64,000 nt of DNA from Obrimoposthia wandeli (lineage: Eukaryota), in assembly GCA_977020255.1 (NCBI GenBank), contig CDROCS010000253.1, forward strand, positions 2,418,001 to 2,482,000, read 5' to 3'. The notes under the pieces are model-generated. The model was given only the letters and a program-made list of their open reading frames with translations, made no database searches and was not told the origin of the DNA. Shown piece after piece: positions 30,868-40,172 of this stretch (position 1 is the first letter of the stretch; every line of letters starts with the position of its first letter). Both the position numbers and the translations under genes were made by a program.

Positions 30868-32226
30868 ATGATTGACTTTTTTTGGAACCTTGGGTCTTTT
30901 GTTATTGCTCTAGGTATCCTAGTTACCGTACATGAATATGGACACTTCTGGGTCGCAAGAAAAAATGGCGTAAAAGTTGAGCGATTTTCTGTTGGTTTTG
31001 GTCGAGCACTTTGGCGAAAAACAGGCAAAGACGGTACTGAATATGTTTTGGCAATGATACCTTTAGGTGGTTATGTCAAAATGTTAGATGAGCGGGTTGA
31101 TGATGTTCAGCCTGAAGATAAAGCTAAGACCTTTAACAGCAAAACAGTATACCAACGTATAGCAATTGTTGCAGCAGGGCCTATGGCTAATTTTGTCTTT
31201 GCTTTATTTGCTCTGTATCTAATGTTCTTAATTGGTGTTCCCAGTGTAAAACCCATGATTGGCAATATTGTACCAAGCTCCATTGCCGCGCAAGCGAAGC
31301 TAACAAAAGACAGTGAGATTATCAGTATTTCAGGTAATGCAACTCGAGATTGGCAAGAAGTTAACCTGGCGCTAATTGGACAAATTGGCAATAAAGAAAT
31401 TGAAATTAAAACAAAAAAGGGTGATAGCCAATATATTTCTACCTTTACTTTAGATACCAGTCTTTGGCGGTTTTCACCGGATAAAATATCGGCTTTAACA
31501 AGCTTAGGTATTACGCCTTATCGACCTAAAGTACATAATGAATTGGCTGCTGTAGCAGAAAAGAGTCCAGCGGAGTTAGGCGGGCTTTTAGTCGGTGATA
31601 AGTTTATTGCTGTTAATGATATATTGACCAATGATTGGTTGGCTTTTGCGAAAGAGATAAAGCAGTATCCAGGTAAAGAAGTCACTATCACTATTAACCG
31701 TAATGGTGAAATACTTACCCCTTTAGTGATACCAAATAGTATTGAACAATCTGGAAAGATAATTGGATATATTGGTGTTGCGCCTAAAGTTGACGCATGG
31801 CCAAAATCCTTATTAATTGAATTAAGTTACGGTCCTATAGATGCTATCAAGGAAAGTGCTCAACGTACTTGGAATTTGACAAGCTTAACATTTAGTATGA
31901 TAGGTAAACTTATTACGGGTGATATATCAGTAAAAAACCTAAGCGGTCCTATTGGTATTGCTCAAGGTGCTGGTAATAGTGCTGGTCATGGTTTTGTCTA
32001 TTTTCTAGGCTTTTTAGCGCTAATTAGTATTAATTTAGGAATAATTAACCTTTTACCGCTTCCAGTACTTGATGGCGGACACTTACTCTATTATCTTATA
32101 GAGCTTTTTACGGGTAAAGAAGTACCAGAGAAAATTCAAGAGGCAGGATTTAAGTTTGGCGCCTTAGCATTATTAATGTTGATGGCTATTGGTTTGTTTA
32201 ATGATTTTAGTCGAGTTCTGGGTTAA
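30868..32226 (+). CDS. rseP: Site-2 intramembrane protease RseP
   Basis: HEYGH zinc motif, PDZ domains, NLLPLPVLDGGH. Confidence 0.98.
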   Translation: MIDFFWNLGSFVIALGILVTVHEYGHFWVARKNGVKVERFSVGFGRALWRKTGKDGTEYVLAMIPLGGYVKMLDERVDDVQPEDKAKTFNSKTVYQRIAIVAAGPMANFVFALFALYLMFLIGVPSVKPMIGNIVPSSIAAQAKLTKDSEIISISGNATRDWQEVNLALIGQIGNKEIEIKTKKGDSQYISTFTLDTSLWRFSPDKISALTSLGITPYRPKVHNELAAVAEKSPAELGGLLVGDKFIAVNDILTNDWLAFAKEIKQYPGKEVTITINRNGEILTPLVIPNSIEQSGKIIGYIGVAPKVDAWPKSLLIELSYGPIDAIKESAQRTWNLTSLTFSMIGKLITGDISVKNLSGPIGIAQGAGNSAGHGFVYFLGFLALISINLGIINLLPLPVLDGGHLLYYLIELFTGKEVPEKIQEAGFKFGALALLMLMAIGLFNDFSRVLG

Positions 32227-32531
32227 AAGATTTCTGTGAACATTGCGCTTATAAAAAATTTGTACAAGAAGTAACTGAAAAAATTAAGAAATAAATGTTA
32301 AGTTAAACCGTTTGAAGGAAGGACATACTCTTTATTGCTATGAAGCTTTATAAGATTTCAAAGGAAGGATAAAGAAAGTCGAAGAGGCTAGTTTTAAGGT
32401 TGATGCCTTAACACTCTAATATTATTGACTATGAATCATTTAATGAACTCAGTCTACTATTAGAGTCACTGCAATATATTGAGTGTGTAGCTAACCGTTT
32501 TTATAAAAAGAAGTAACGAAGTTTATAATAT

Positions 32532-34991
32532 ATGACCATGAAAAAAATTGCCTTAGCCCTAGTATTAGGTGCGCTAGGAACATCAGTACCTAATGCTCAA
32601 GCTGCATCAAGCTTTCAAGTTGAAGACATCGAAGTTAAAGGTCTACAACGTGTTGCTTTAGGAGCCGCGTTAACGCATATCCCTTTCAATGTCGGTGATG
32701 AGCTCAATGACTTTCGAGTATCACAATCCATAAAGGCTTTGTATCAAGCCGGACACTTTAATGATATTAGAGTTTTCCGTGATGGCAATCGCCTGGTTTA
32801 TCGTGTGAGAGAACGAGAAACGATTAGTGAAATTCTTTTTGATGGTAATAGCGATCTAAAAGATGAGCAGCTAACAGAAAGTCTTGATGGCAGTAATATC
32901 CGTATAGGTGAAACCCTTGACCGTACGGTAATTTCAGGCATAGAGATGGGCTTAGAGAACTTCTATCACAGTGTCGGTAAATACAATGCCAAAGTTACCG
33001 CGAAAGTAACTCATTTACCGCGAAACCGCGTTAATTTAGAGTTTGCTTTTGTCGAGGGTGATTCTGCAGCTATCAAGCAAATAAATATTGTTGGTAATGA
33101 GGTTTTTTCTGATATTGAAATATTGGATAAAATCGAGCTAACTTATGATTCGCCATGGTGGAATTTTATGGCGCAAGATAGATACCAAAAACAAACCTTA
33201 CAAGGGGATATGGAAACGATTAATAGTTATTACCTTAATCGTGGCTATTTACGCTTTAAAGTAGACTCTACCCAAGTATCAATGACCCCGGATAAAAAAG
33301 CGGTCTATATTGCCCTTAATGTCAGTGAAGGGGAAACTTATAGGGTTAGTGAGGTTGACTTTGTCGGTGATATGGCTGGTTTTGAAAAGACCATCCGTGC
33401 TATTAACCCATTACAAACGGATGAGCTATATAACGGGGCAGAGGTTACGTATACTGAAGAAGTTATTAGTAAATTCTTAGGACGTTATGGTTATGCTTAC
33501 CCTAAAGTGAGAACCATTCCAGAAGTTGACGATGAAAACCATACTGTTAAATTATCAATATCGATTGATCCAGGAAAGCGTGTTTATGTCAATCGTATAA
33601 ACTTCACCGGTAATCATGTTACTGCTGATAACGTGTTACGCCGTGAAATGCGACAAATGGAAGGTGCTTGGTTATCTAACAGTGTCGTTGAGTCATCAAA
33701 GTCATGGTTACAACGTTTACCTTATATGGAAACCGTTGAGTTTGAAACGAAGCAAATTGAGGGTGAAGATGATTTAGTCGATATCGACTTTACCGTAAAA
33801 GAGCAACCTTCAGGTTCATTTAATGCGGGTATAGGTTACGGTTCACAAACAAAATTAAGTATTAATGCGGGTGTGCAACAAAACAACTTTTTGGGCACTG
33901 GTAATCAACTTGGCTTTAATATAGCGAAAAACCATTATCAAAAAAATGCCACTATTTCGTATACAGACCCTTACTTTACCGTTGATGCTGTTTCGCTCGG
34001 TGGGCAAGTCTATTATAGTGACTATGATGCTGGTAATGCTAATTTGGTTGAATACAAAAACAAAACCTTTGGCTTAGGTCTGAACTGGGGCTTTCCAGTC
34101 AATGAATATCTTCGTTTAAACTTTGGCGTAGGTTGGAAATATAACCAAATATCACAATTACAAGCATATGATCAAATTCAAAACTTTTATGATATCTATG
34201 CTGACCCGAATGATCCTGATGGCCAACTGGCGTTTAAAACATTAGATTTAAATGCAGGCTTATCGCGAAGTACATTAAACCGCGGTACTTTTCCTACGTC
34301 AGGTTCTCAACAAAGATTTAATGCGAAAATGACGTCACCAAAGTCTGATTTGCAGTACTTTAAATTAAACTATGATGCTAAATTTTACTTCCCATTAACA
34401 CGTAGTCAAAAGTGGTCAGTATTAACGCGTATACAGTTAGGTTACGCCAATGGTTACGGTACTGTTGATGGCAATGATCAACTATTGCCTTTCTGGGAGA
34501 ACTTTAGTGCGGGTGGTGCTGACACCTTACGCGGCTTTGAAAATAACAGTGTCGGACCTCGCGCTATATACCGTAGTCCGCAACAAATTCCTGGTGGTGG
34601 TTGTTGTTTAGGTCCTGACAATGACTCTATTGCTATATCACAAAGTTCTGTTGGTGGTAATGCGATGGCGCTTGCGGGTTTAGAGTTAATCGTGCCAACA
34701 CCTTTCTTAGATGAAAGTTACTCAAACAGTGTACGGACAAGTATCTTTTGGGACGCTGGTAGTGTTTGGGATACAGAGTTTAACATGGAAAGTTATGAAG
34801 ATTTAGCGCCTAATGAATACGCTAAGATAGTTGATTATTCGGATCCCGGTCGTTTTCGTAGCTCAGCAGGTATTTCAATCCAATGGCTTTCGCCGATGGG
34901 GCCAATGATCTTTAGTTTTGCTAAATCGGTTAGAGAAGAAGAAGGGGATGATACTTCATTCTTTAGCTTTAACATTGGTAAAACATTTTAA
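32532..34991 (+). CDS. bamA: Outer membrane protein assembly factor BamA
   Basis: POTRA repeats (IEVKGLQRV; YLNRGY), LRGFENNSVGP loop-6 motif, C-terminal FSFNIGKTF. Confidence 0.98.
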   Translation: MTMKKIALALVLGALGTSVPNAQAASSFQVEDIEVKGLQRVALGAALTHIPFNVGDELNDFRVSQSIKALYQAGHFNDIRVFRDGNRLVYRVRERETISEILFDGNSDLKDEQLTESLDGSNIRIGETLDRTVISGIEMGLENFYHSVGKYNAKVTAKVTHLPRNRVNLEFAFVEGDSAAIKQINIVGNEVFSDIEILDKIELTYDSPWWNFMAQDRYQKQTLQGDMETINSYYLNRGYLRFKVDSTQVSMTPDKKAVYIALNVSEGETYRVSEVDFVGDMAGFEKTIRAINPLQTDELYNGAEVTYTEEVISKFLGRYGYAYPKVRTIPEVDDENHTVKLSISIDPGKRVYVNRINFTGNHVTADNVLRREMRQMEGAWLSNSVVESSKSWLQRLPYMETVEFETKQIEGEDDLVDIDFTVKEQPSGSFNAGIGYGSQTKLSINAGVQQNNFLGTGNQLGFNIAKNHYQKNATISYTDPYFTVDAVSLGGQVYYSDYDAGNANLVEYKNKTFGLGLNWGFPVNEYLRLNFGVGWKYNQISQLQAYDQIQNFYDIYADPNDPDGQLAFKTLDLNAGLSRSTLNRGTFPTSGSQQRFNAKMTSPKSDLQYFKLNYDAKFYFPLTRSQKWSVLTRIQLGYANGYGTVDGNDQLLPFWENFSAGGADTLRGFENNSVGPRAIYRSPQQIPGGGCCLGPDNDSIAISQSSVGGNAMALAGLELIVPTPFLDESYSNSVRTSIFWDAGSVWDTEFNMESYEDLAPNEYAKIVDYSDPGRFRSSAGISIQWLSPMGPMIFSFAKSVREEEGDDTSFFSFNIGKTF

Positions 34992-35098
34992 AACGCAGGT
35001 TTTCACTGCGTTAAATGAATTAACCTTGCTATATTACCGACAGAAATATTACTCAGTGAAAATAGCAAGTAACAAATAATAAATAAAGGGGAACAACG

Positions 35099-35617
35099 TT
35101 GAATAAAGTTATCAAAACTATGGTTATGGGCGTAGCAGCATCAGGTATGTTATTAGCAAGTTCAGCTATGGCAGCAGATCAAAAAATTGGGGTAGTTAAC
35201 TTTCAAGAAGTTATGAGTAAAATACCGCAAACAGCCGCGTTAATGCAAAGCTTAGAAGCAGAATTTAAAGACGAAAAAGCTATTATTACCCAGCTTGAAA
35301 AAGACATTAAATATTATCAAGAAAAGCTTAAGCGTGATGGCTCATTAATGAGTGTAAAAGAAAAAGATGAGCTCAATGTAAAAGTTAAGTCTCTCTTTCA
35401 AGAATACCAAGTAAAAGGTAAAGCGTTGCAAGAAAAAGCTAGTCAACGTCAAAACCAAGAAACTAATAAGATCATTGCTTTAGTGCGTCAAGCGGTAGAT
35501 AACATTGCTGTAAAGCAAGATTATGACTTAGTGCTTTCTCAACAAGCTGTTGTTTATTCAAAACCAAATGCTAGCATCACTGAAATTGTGGTAGAGCATG
35601 TAAGCAAGCTTAAATAA
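35099..35617 (+). CDS. skp: Periplasmic chaperone Skp (OmpH)
   Basis: Signal peptide, KIGVVNFQEV, helical body, YDLVL; lies between bamA and lpxD. Confidence 0.92.
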   Translation: MNKVIKTMVMGVAASGMLLASSAMAADQKIGVVNFQEVMSKIPQTAALMQSLEAEFKDEKAIITQLEKDIKYYQEKLKRDGSLMSVKEKDELNVKVKSLFQEYQVKGKALQEKASQRQNQETNKIIALVRQAVDNIAVKQDYDLVLSQQAVVYSKPNASITEIVVEHVSKLK

Positions 35618-35678
35618 GCTGCTTAGTTATCAAAAAGATAGATCATTATATTATTCATCTCGGTAGAAAGGCACAAAT

Positions 35679-36728
35679 ATGACTTACACGTTAGCTGAAA
35701 TAGCTATGAAGCTAGATGCTACATTGATAGTGCCAGTAGAGCTGGATGAGTCAATGGAAGCACTTGTTAAAATAAGCGGTTTAGCAACGCTAGCTAATGC
35801 TGAAACAGGTCAGGTGGCTTTTCTATCTAATAGTAAATATCAGCAACAACTTAGCTCCACCAAGGCTAGTGCCGTTATAGTATCTCCAGATGCGGTAGTA
35901 TCCTGCCCGGTGAGCGCACTTGTTATGGATAACCCTTATATGGGTTATGCCATATTAGCTAATTTATTGGATAGTACACCAAAGGTTGCTTGTGGGATCC
36001 ATCAAAGTGCGGTTATAGCCGATGATGTTACTCTCGGTGATAATGTCAGTATTGGCGCTAATGCTGTTATTGAATCCGGTGTTCAGTTAGCTAATAACGT
36101 TAGTATTGGTGCTGGTTGTTTTATTGGTCACGGGGTCAAAATTGGCGAGTCAACGACACTGTGGGCAAATATTACACTTTATCATAGAGTGGAAGTTGGT
36201 CATCATTGCTTAATTCAAGCCAATACTGTTATTGGCTCAGATGGTTTTGGTTATGCACCAGTAAAAGGGCAGCATAAGTGGCATAAAATACCTCAGCTTG
36301 GTAGCGTAATTATTGGTAACCATGTTGAAATTGGCGCTAGTACTACTATTGACCGAGGGGCACTAGATAATACCGAAATAAGAGACGGTGTTATTTTAGA
36401 TAACCAGATTCAAATTGCTCATAATGTTATCGTTGGCGAAAATACGGCCATGGCTGCTTGTAGCGTTATTGCTGGCAGTACCGTCATTGGTAAGAACTGT
36501 ACTATTGCGGGGCTGGTAGGAATTAATGGTCATATAACGATTACCGATAACTGTATCTTTACTGGTATGGCAATGGTAACTAAGGATATTACCCAAGCGG
36601 GGGTATATTCTTCTGGTATGCCAGCAGCACCAAATAAAGAATGGAATAAAACTAATGCGAGAGTTAAACGACTCGATAGCCTGACTAAACGTGTTAAAGA
36701 GTTAGAAAAATTACTCCTGAAAAACTAG
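35679..36728 (+). CDS. lpxD: UDP-3-O-acylglucosamine N-acyltransferase
   Basis: Hexapeptide repeats, IGSDGFGY, VEIGASTTIDRG, LDNQIQIAHNV. Confidence 0.98.
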   Translation: MTYTLAEIAMKLDATLIVPVELDESMEALVKISGLATLANAETGQVAFLSNSKYQQQLSSTKASAVIVSPDAVVSCPVSALVMDNPYMGYAILANLLDSTPKVACGIHQSAVIADDVTLGDNVSIGANAVIESGVQLANNVSIGAGCFIGHGVKIGESTTLWANITLYHRVEVGHHCLIQANTVIGSDGFGYAPVKGQHKWHKIPQLGSVIIGNHVEIGASTTIDRGALDNTEIRDGVILDNQIQIAHNVIVGENTAMAACSVIAGSTVIGKNCTIAGLVGINGHITITDNCIFTGMAMVTKDITQAGVYSSGMPAAPNKEWNKTNARVKRLDSLTKRVKELEKLLLKN

Positions 36729-36855
36729 CTATTAATCCCGCCAATGCGTAAAATACTGCAAAGTCTTTCTGTCACTTAAGACAACGTTTACGTAAATATA
36801 GTAAGCGGTTAGCTAATTTATTAGCTCACCGTGCTAGCTAACAAGGAATATTCAT

Positions 36856-37308
36856 TTGGAAACTGTAAAAAAACCTATCGATCTTAACGAAATCAAAACG
36901 TTGATACCTCACAGATACCCGATGTTATTAGTAGATAAAGTTCTTGATCATGAACCAGGTAAAACGTTACATGCCATTAAAAATGTAACGATAAACGAAC
37001 CTGTTTTTACCGGACATTTTCCTGAATTAGCAATTTTTCCTGGTGTATTAATTTTAGAAGCTTTAGCACAAGCGACCGGAATCCTTGGCTTTAAAAGCAC
37101 AGAAGGGCGTGAGGACAATGAGATGTATTTATTTGCCTCGATAGATAAAGCTAAATTTAAAAAACCGGTATTACCGGGTGATACCATGCACTTACATGTT
37201 GAATTTATTAAAGAACGTCGAGGCATGTGGAAATTTTATGGTGAAGCCAGAGTCGATGGTAAAGTGGTTTGTTGCGCCGATCTTATGTGTGCTCGTCGCG
37301 CTTTATAG
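36856..37308 (+). CDS. fabZ: 3-hydroxyacyl-ACP dehydratase
   Basis: [28 protein letters not shown]; TTG start. Confidence 0.98.
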   Translation: METVKKPIDLNEIKTLIPHRYPMLLVDKVLDHEPGKTLHAIKNVTINEPVFTGHFPELAIFPGVLILEALAQATGILGFKSTEGREDNEMYLFASIDKAKFKKPVLPGDTMHLHVEFIKERRGMWKFYGEARVDGKVVCCADLMCARRAL

Positions 37309-37368
37309 TATTCTTTATCACATATCCTTTAGAAAAAATGCCCACTTACCTATTAGAAGATTTAACGT

Positions 37369-38139
37369 ATGATTCATCCCCAAGCTATTATTGAGCCAGG
37401 TGCCGTTATCGGCGAAAATGTTTCTATAGGTCCATGGACTTATATTGCTAGCAACGTTGTTATTGGCGATAACTGTGAAATTAGCTCGCATGTGGTTATT
37501 AATGGCCCAACCCGTATTGGTAAAAGTAACCGTATTTTTCAATTTGCCAGTATTGGTGAAGACTGCCAGGATCTTAAATATGCTGGTGAACCAACAGAAT
37601 TGATTATTGGTGACAATAATATTTTTCGAGAGTCTTGTACTGTTCATCGTGGCACGATCCAAGATAATAGTCTTACCCAAATTGGCAGTAATAATTTATT
37701 TATGGCTTATACCCATGTTGCCCACGATTGTATCGTTGGTAGCCATTGTATTTTCGCTAATAATGCTTCTATTGCGGGTCACGTCCATGTAGGTGATTAT
37801 GCCATCATTGGCGGTATGGTAGGTGTTCATCAATTTTGTCATATTGGTGCGCACAGTTTTATTGCGGGTAATACCTTAGTACTTAAAGATGTTCCGGCCT
37901 ATGTGATGGCTTCGGGTCAACCGGCAAAACCTTTTGGCTTAAATAGTGAAGGCTTAAAGCGCCGTGGTTTTGATAAAGAGACCATTTTGACGATAAAACG
38001 CGCCTATAAAGTATTATATCGCCAAGGGCTTTCGGTTGATGAGGCATTAAGTGCTATCAGTGAAATGCCAGTACAATCTTCAGAATTACAAGCATTTTGT
38101 CATTCAATCAAAGAATCTAATCGCGGCATCATTCGTTAA
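37369..38139 (+). CDS. lpxA: UDP-N-acetylglucosamine acyltransferase
   Basis: QDLKY, HRGT, HVAHDC, VHQFC and GLNSEGLKRRGF motifs. Confidence 0.98.
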   Translation: MIHPQAIIEPGAVIGENVSIGPWTYIASNVVIGDNCEISSHVVINGPTRIGKSNRIFQFASIGEDCQDLKYAGEPTELIIGDNNIFRESCTVHRGTIQDNSLTQIGSNNLFMAYTHVAHDCIVGSHCIFANNASIAGHVHVGDYAIIGGMVGVHQFCHIGAHSFIAGNTLVLKDVPAYVMASGQPAKPFGLNSEGLKRRGFDKETILTIKRAYKVLYRQGLSVDEALSAISEMPVQSSELQAFCHSIKESNRGIIR

Positions 38140-38242
38140 ACCTAATATGTTAAACGAGTGCCTTTAATACCAGTGCCGTTAATACTAGTACCGTTTATAT
38201 GGATATGATTAGGCTAGGCACTATTAACTTTAAGTACCTTTA

Positions 38243-39430
38243 ATGCCTATGACTGCTCAGAATAAAAACGTTCACCACCAAACTGTCTTTGCTATTGTTG
38301 TTGGAGAACATTCAGGTGATACGCTAGGCGCAGGCCTGATCACTTCATTACGTCAAACTCACCCGAATGCGAAATTTATTGGCATTGGCGGTCCCAAGAT
38401 GGAAGCATTAGGTTTTGAAAGCCTATTTGCCATGGATGAATTATCTGTCATGGGCTTAGTCGAAGTACTTGGTCGCATCCGCCGTTTATTACATGTCCGT
38501 AAAACCTTAACTGATTTTTTTACTGCCAATAAACCCGATGTATTTATTGGCATTGATGCGCCTGATTTTAATATCGGCCTTGAATTAAAGCTTAAAGGGC
38601 AAGGTATTAAAACCGTTCATTATGTTAGCCCTTCAGTTTGGGCTTGGCGTGAAAAACGTATTTTTAAAATTGCTAAAGCAACTGACATGGTCTTAGCTTT
38701 ATTGCCATTTGAAAAAGCTTTTTATGATAAGCACGATGTTCCTTGTACTTTTGTTGGTCATCCTCTTGCGGATGATATTCCTATGCAAAGTGATAAGTTT
38801 TTAGCAAGGACTACGCTTGGTTTAGCACAAGATAAAAAAATTCTGGCACTTATGCCGGGTAGCCGTGGTGGAGAGTTATCACGTTTACTTGAAGATTTCT
38901 TCGAGAGTGCTAAACAATTACAAGCTCAAGATAGCGAACTACTTTTTGTCGCGCCTATGATCAGTGAGCAGCGTGTTGAGCAATTTAATACCCTCAAAGC
39001 TGAGCTGGCTCCTGATTTAGCGGTAAAAGTTGTTCTCAATCAAACCCAAGAGGTGATGACAGCCAGTGATTGTCTATTAACGGCTTCGGGTACCGTGACC
39101 TTAGAAGCTGCTTTAATCAAGCGACCAATGGTTATTTGCTATAAATTTAGCCCAGTAACCTTTCTATTAGCTCGCTGGTTGGTAAAGTTGAAGTGGTTTT
39201 CCCTACCTAACTTGTTAGCAAATAAATCCTTAGTACCAGAATTGTTACAAAAAGATGTTTGCGCTGAAAATATTGTACCTTTGGTTAAAGAGCGATTGTA
39301 TCAAGATCAAAGTCAATTGAATGACAGTTATAATGAAATACATCAACAGCTCAAATGTGATGCGAGTAAACAAGCAGCCAAGGCGGTGCTTGATGTTTTA
39401 TCAAGTAAACCTCTAGACAATAACAAATAA
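38243..39430 (+). CDS. lpxB: Lipid-A-disaccharide synthase
   Basis: [43 protein letters not shown]. Confidence 0.98.
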   Translation: MPMTAQNKNVHHQTVFAIVVGEHSGDTLGAGLITSLRQTHPNAKFIGIGGPKMEALGFESLFAMDELSVMGLVEVLGRIRRLLHVRKTLTDFFTANKPDVFIGIDAPDFNIGLELKLKGQGIKTVHYVSPSVWAWREKRIFKIAKATDMVLALLPFEKAFYDKHDVPCTFVGHPLADDIPMQSDKFLARTTLGLAQDKKILALMPGSRGGELSRLLEDFFESAKQLQAQDSELLFVAPMISEQRVEQFNTLKAELAPDLAVKVVLNQTQEVMTASDCLLTASGTVTLEAALIKRPMVICYKFSPVTFLLARWLVKLKWFSLPNLLANKSLVPELLQKDVCAENIVPLVKERLYQDQSQLNDSYNEIHQQLKCDASKQAAKAVLDVLSSKPLDNNK

Positions 39431-39473
39431 GATAAGAATACCTATCTCTAGTAAATAATGGCGAGTAAATAAT

Positions 39474-40127
39474 ATGGCGAGCAAACAAACTTTCCCCGAT
39501 TTTGAGTATCCTATAGCTTATTGTATTGCGGGTGTTGATGAAGTAGGGCGTGGTCCTTTGGTTGGCGATGTCGTTACAGCAGCGGTAATTTTAGATCCAG
39601 ACAATCCTATTGAAGGATTGATGGACTCGAAAAAATTGTCCGAAAAGAAGCGTAACTTGCTATCTATCGAAATAAAGGAAAAGGCAATTGCTTGGTCCTT
39701 AGGACGTGCAAACCCGCAAGAAATCGATACCTTAAATATTTTACATGCCACTATGCTGGCGATGCAACGCGCGGTTTCAGGCTTGAATGTAGAACCTGAT
39801 TTTGTATTGGTTGATGGTAATCGTTGCCCGACATTTTTAAGTAATGCCAGTACTACTGACCAGCAAAGTAATAAAATAACTAGCCAAGCGGTGGTTAAAG
39901 GTGACGCTCGAGTTGCAGAAATCAGTGCGGCTTCCATTATTGCTAAAGTAGCTCGCGATAATGAAATGATCGCCCTAGATAAACTTCATCCTGAATATGG
40001 TTTTGCTAAACATAAAGGTTACCCAACCAAACTACATTTAGAAAAAATAATTGAACTTGGCGTACTGGATTGCTATCGACAAAGTTTTAAACCTGTCGCG
40101 AGAGTATTAGGTACTTACCATGATTAA
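39474..40127 (+). CDS. rnhB: Ribonuclease HII
   Basis: [37 protein letters not shown]. Confidence 0.98.
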   Translation: MASKQTFPDFEYPIAYCIAGVDEVGRGPLVGDVVTAAVILDPDNPIEGLMDSKKLSEKKRNLLSIEIKEKAIAWSLGRANPQEIDTLNILHATMLAMQRAVSGLNVEPDFVLVDGNRCPTFLSNASTTDQQSNKITSQAVVKGDARVAEISAASIIAKVARDNEMIALDKLHPEYGFAKHKGYPTKLHLEKIIELGVLDCYRQSFKPVARVLGTYHD

Positions 40128-40172
40128 GAATATGATTAAAAGCATGGTTACGATTAAGCGCATGACTAAAAT

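Noticed and set aside
32227-35098. Sigma E promoters for bamA/skp
   Set aside because: Expected from E. coli, but no GGAACTT-N16-TCAAA-like match with correct spacing was found by eye.
38164-38193. 15-bp direct repeat x2 between lpxA and lpxB (TTAATACCAGTGCCG / TTAATACTAGTACCG)
   Set aside because: Real, but only two imperfect copies with no start codon or recognisable operator; no function can be supported.
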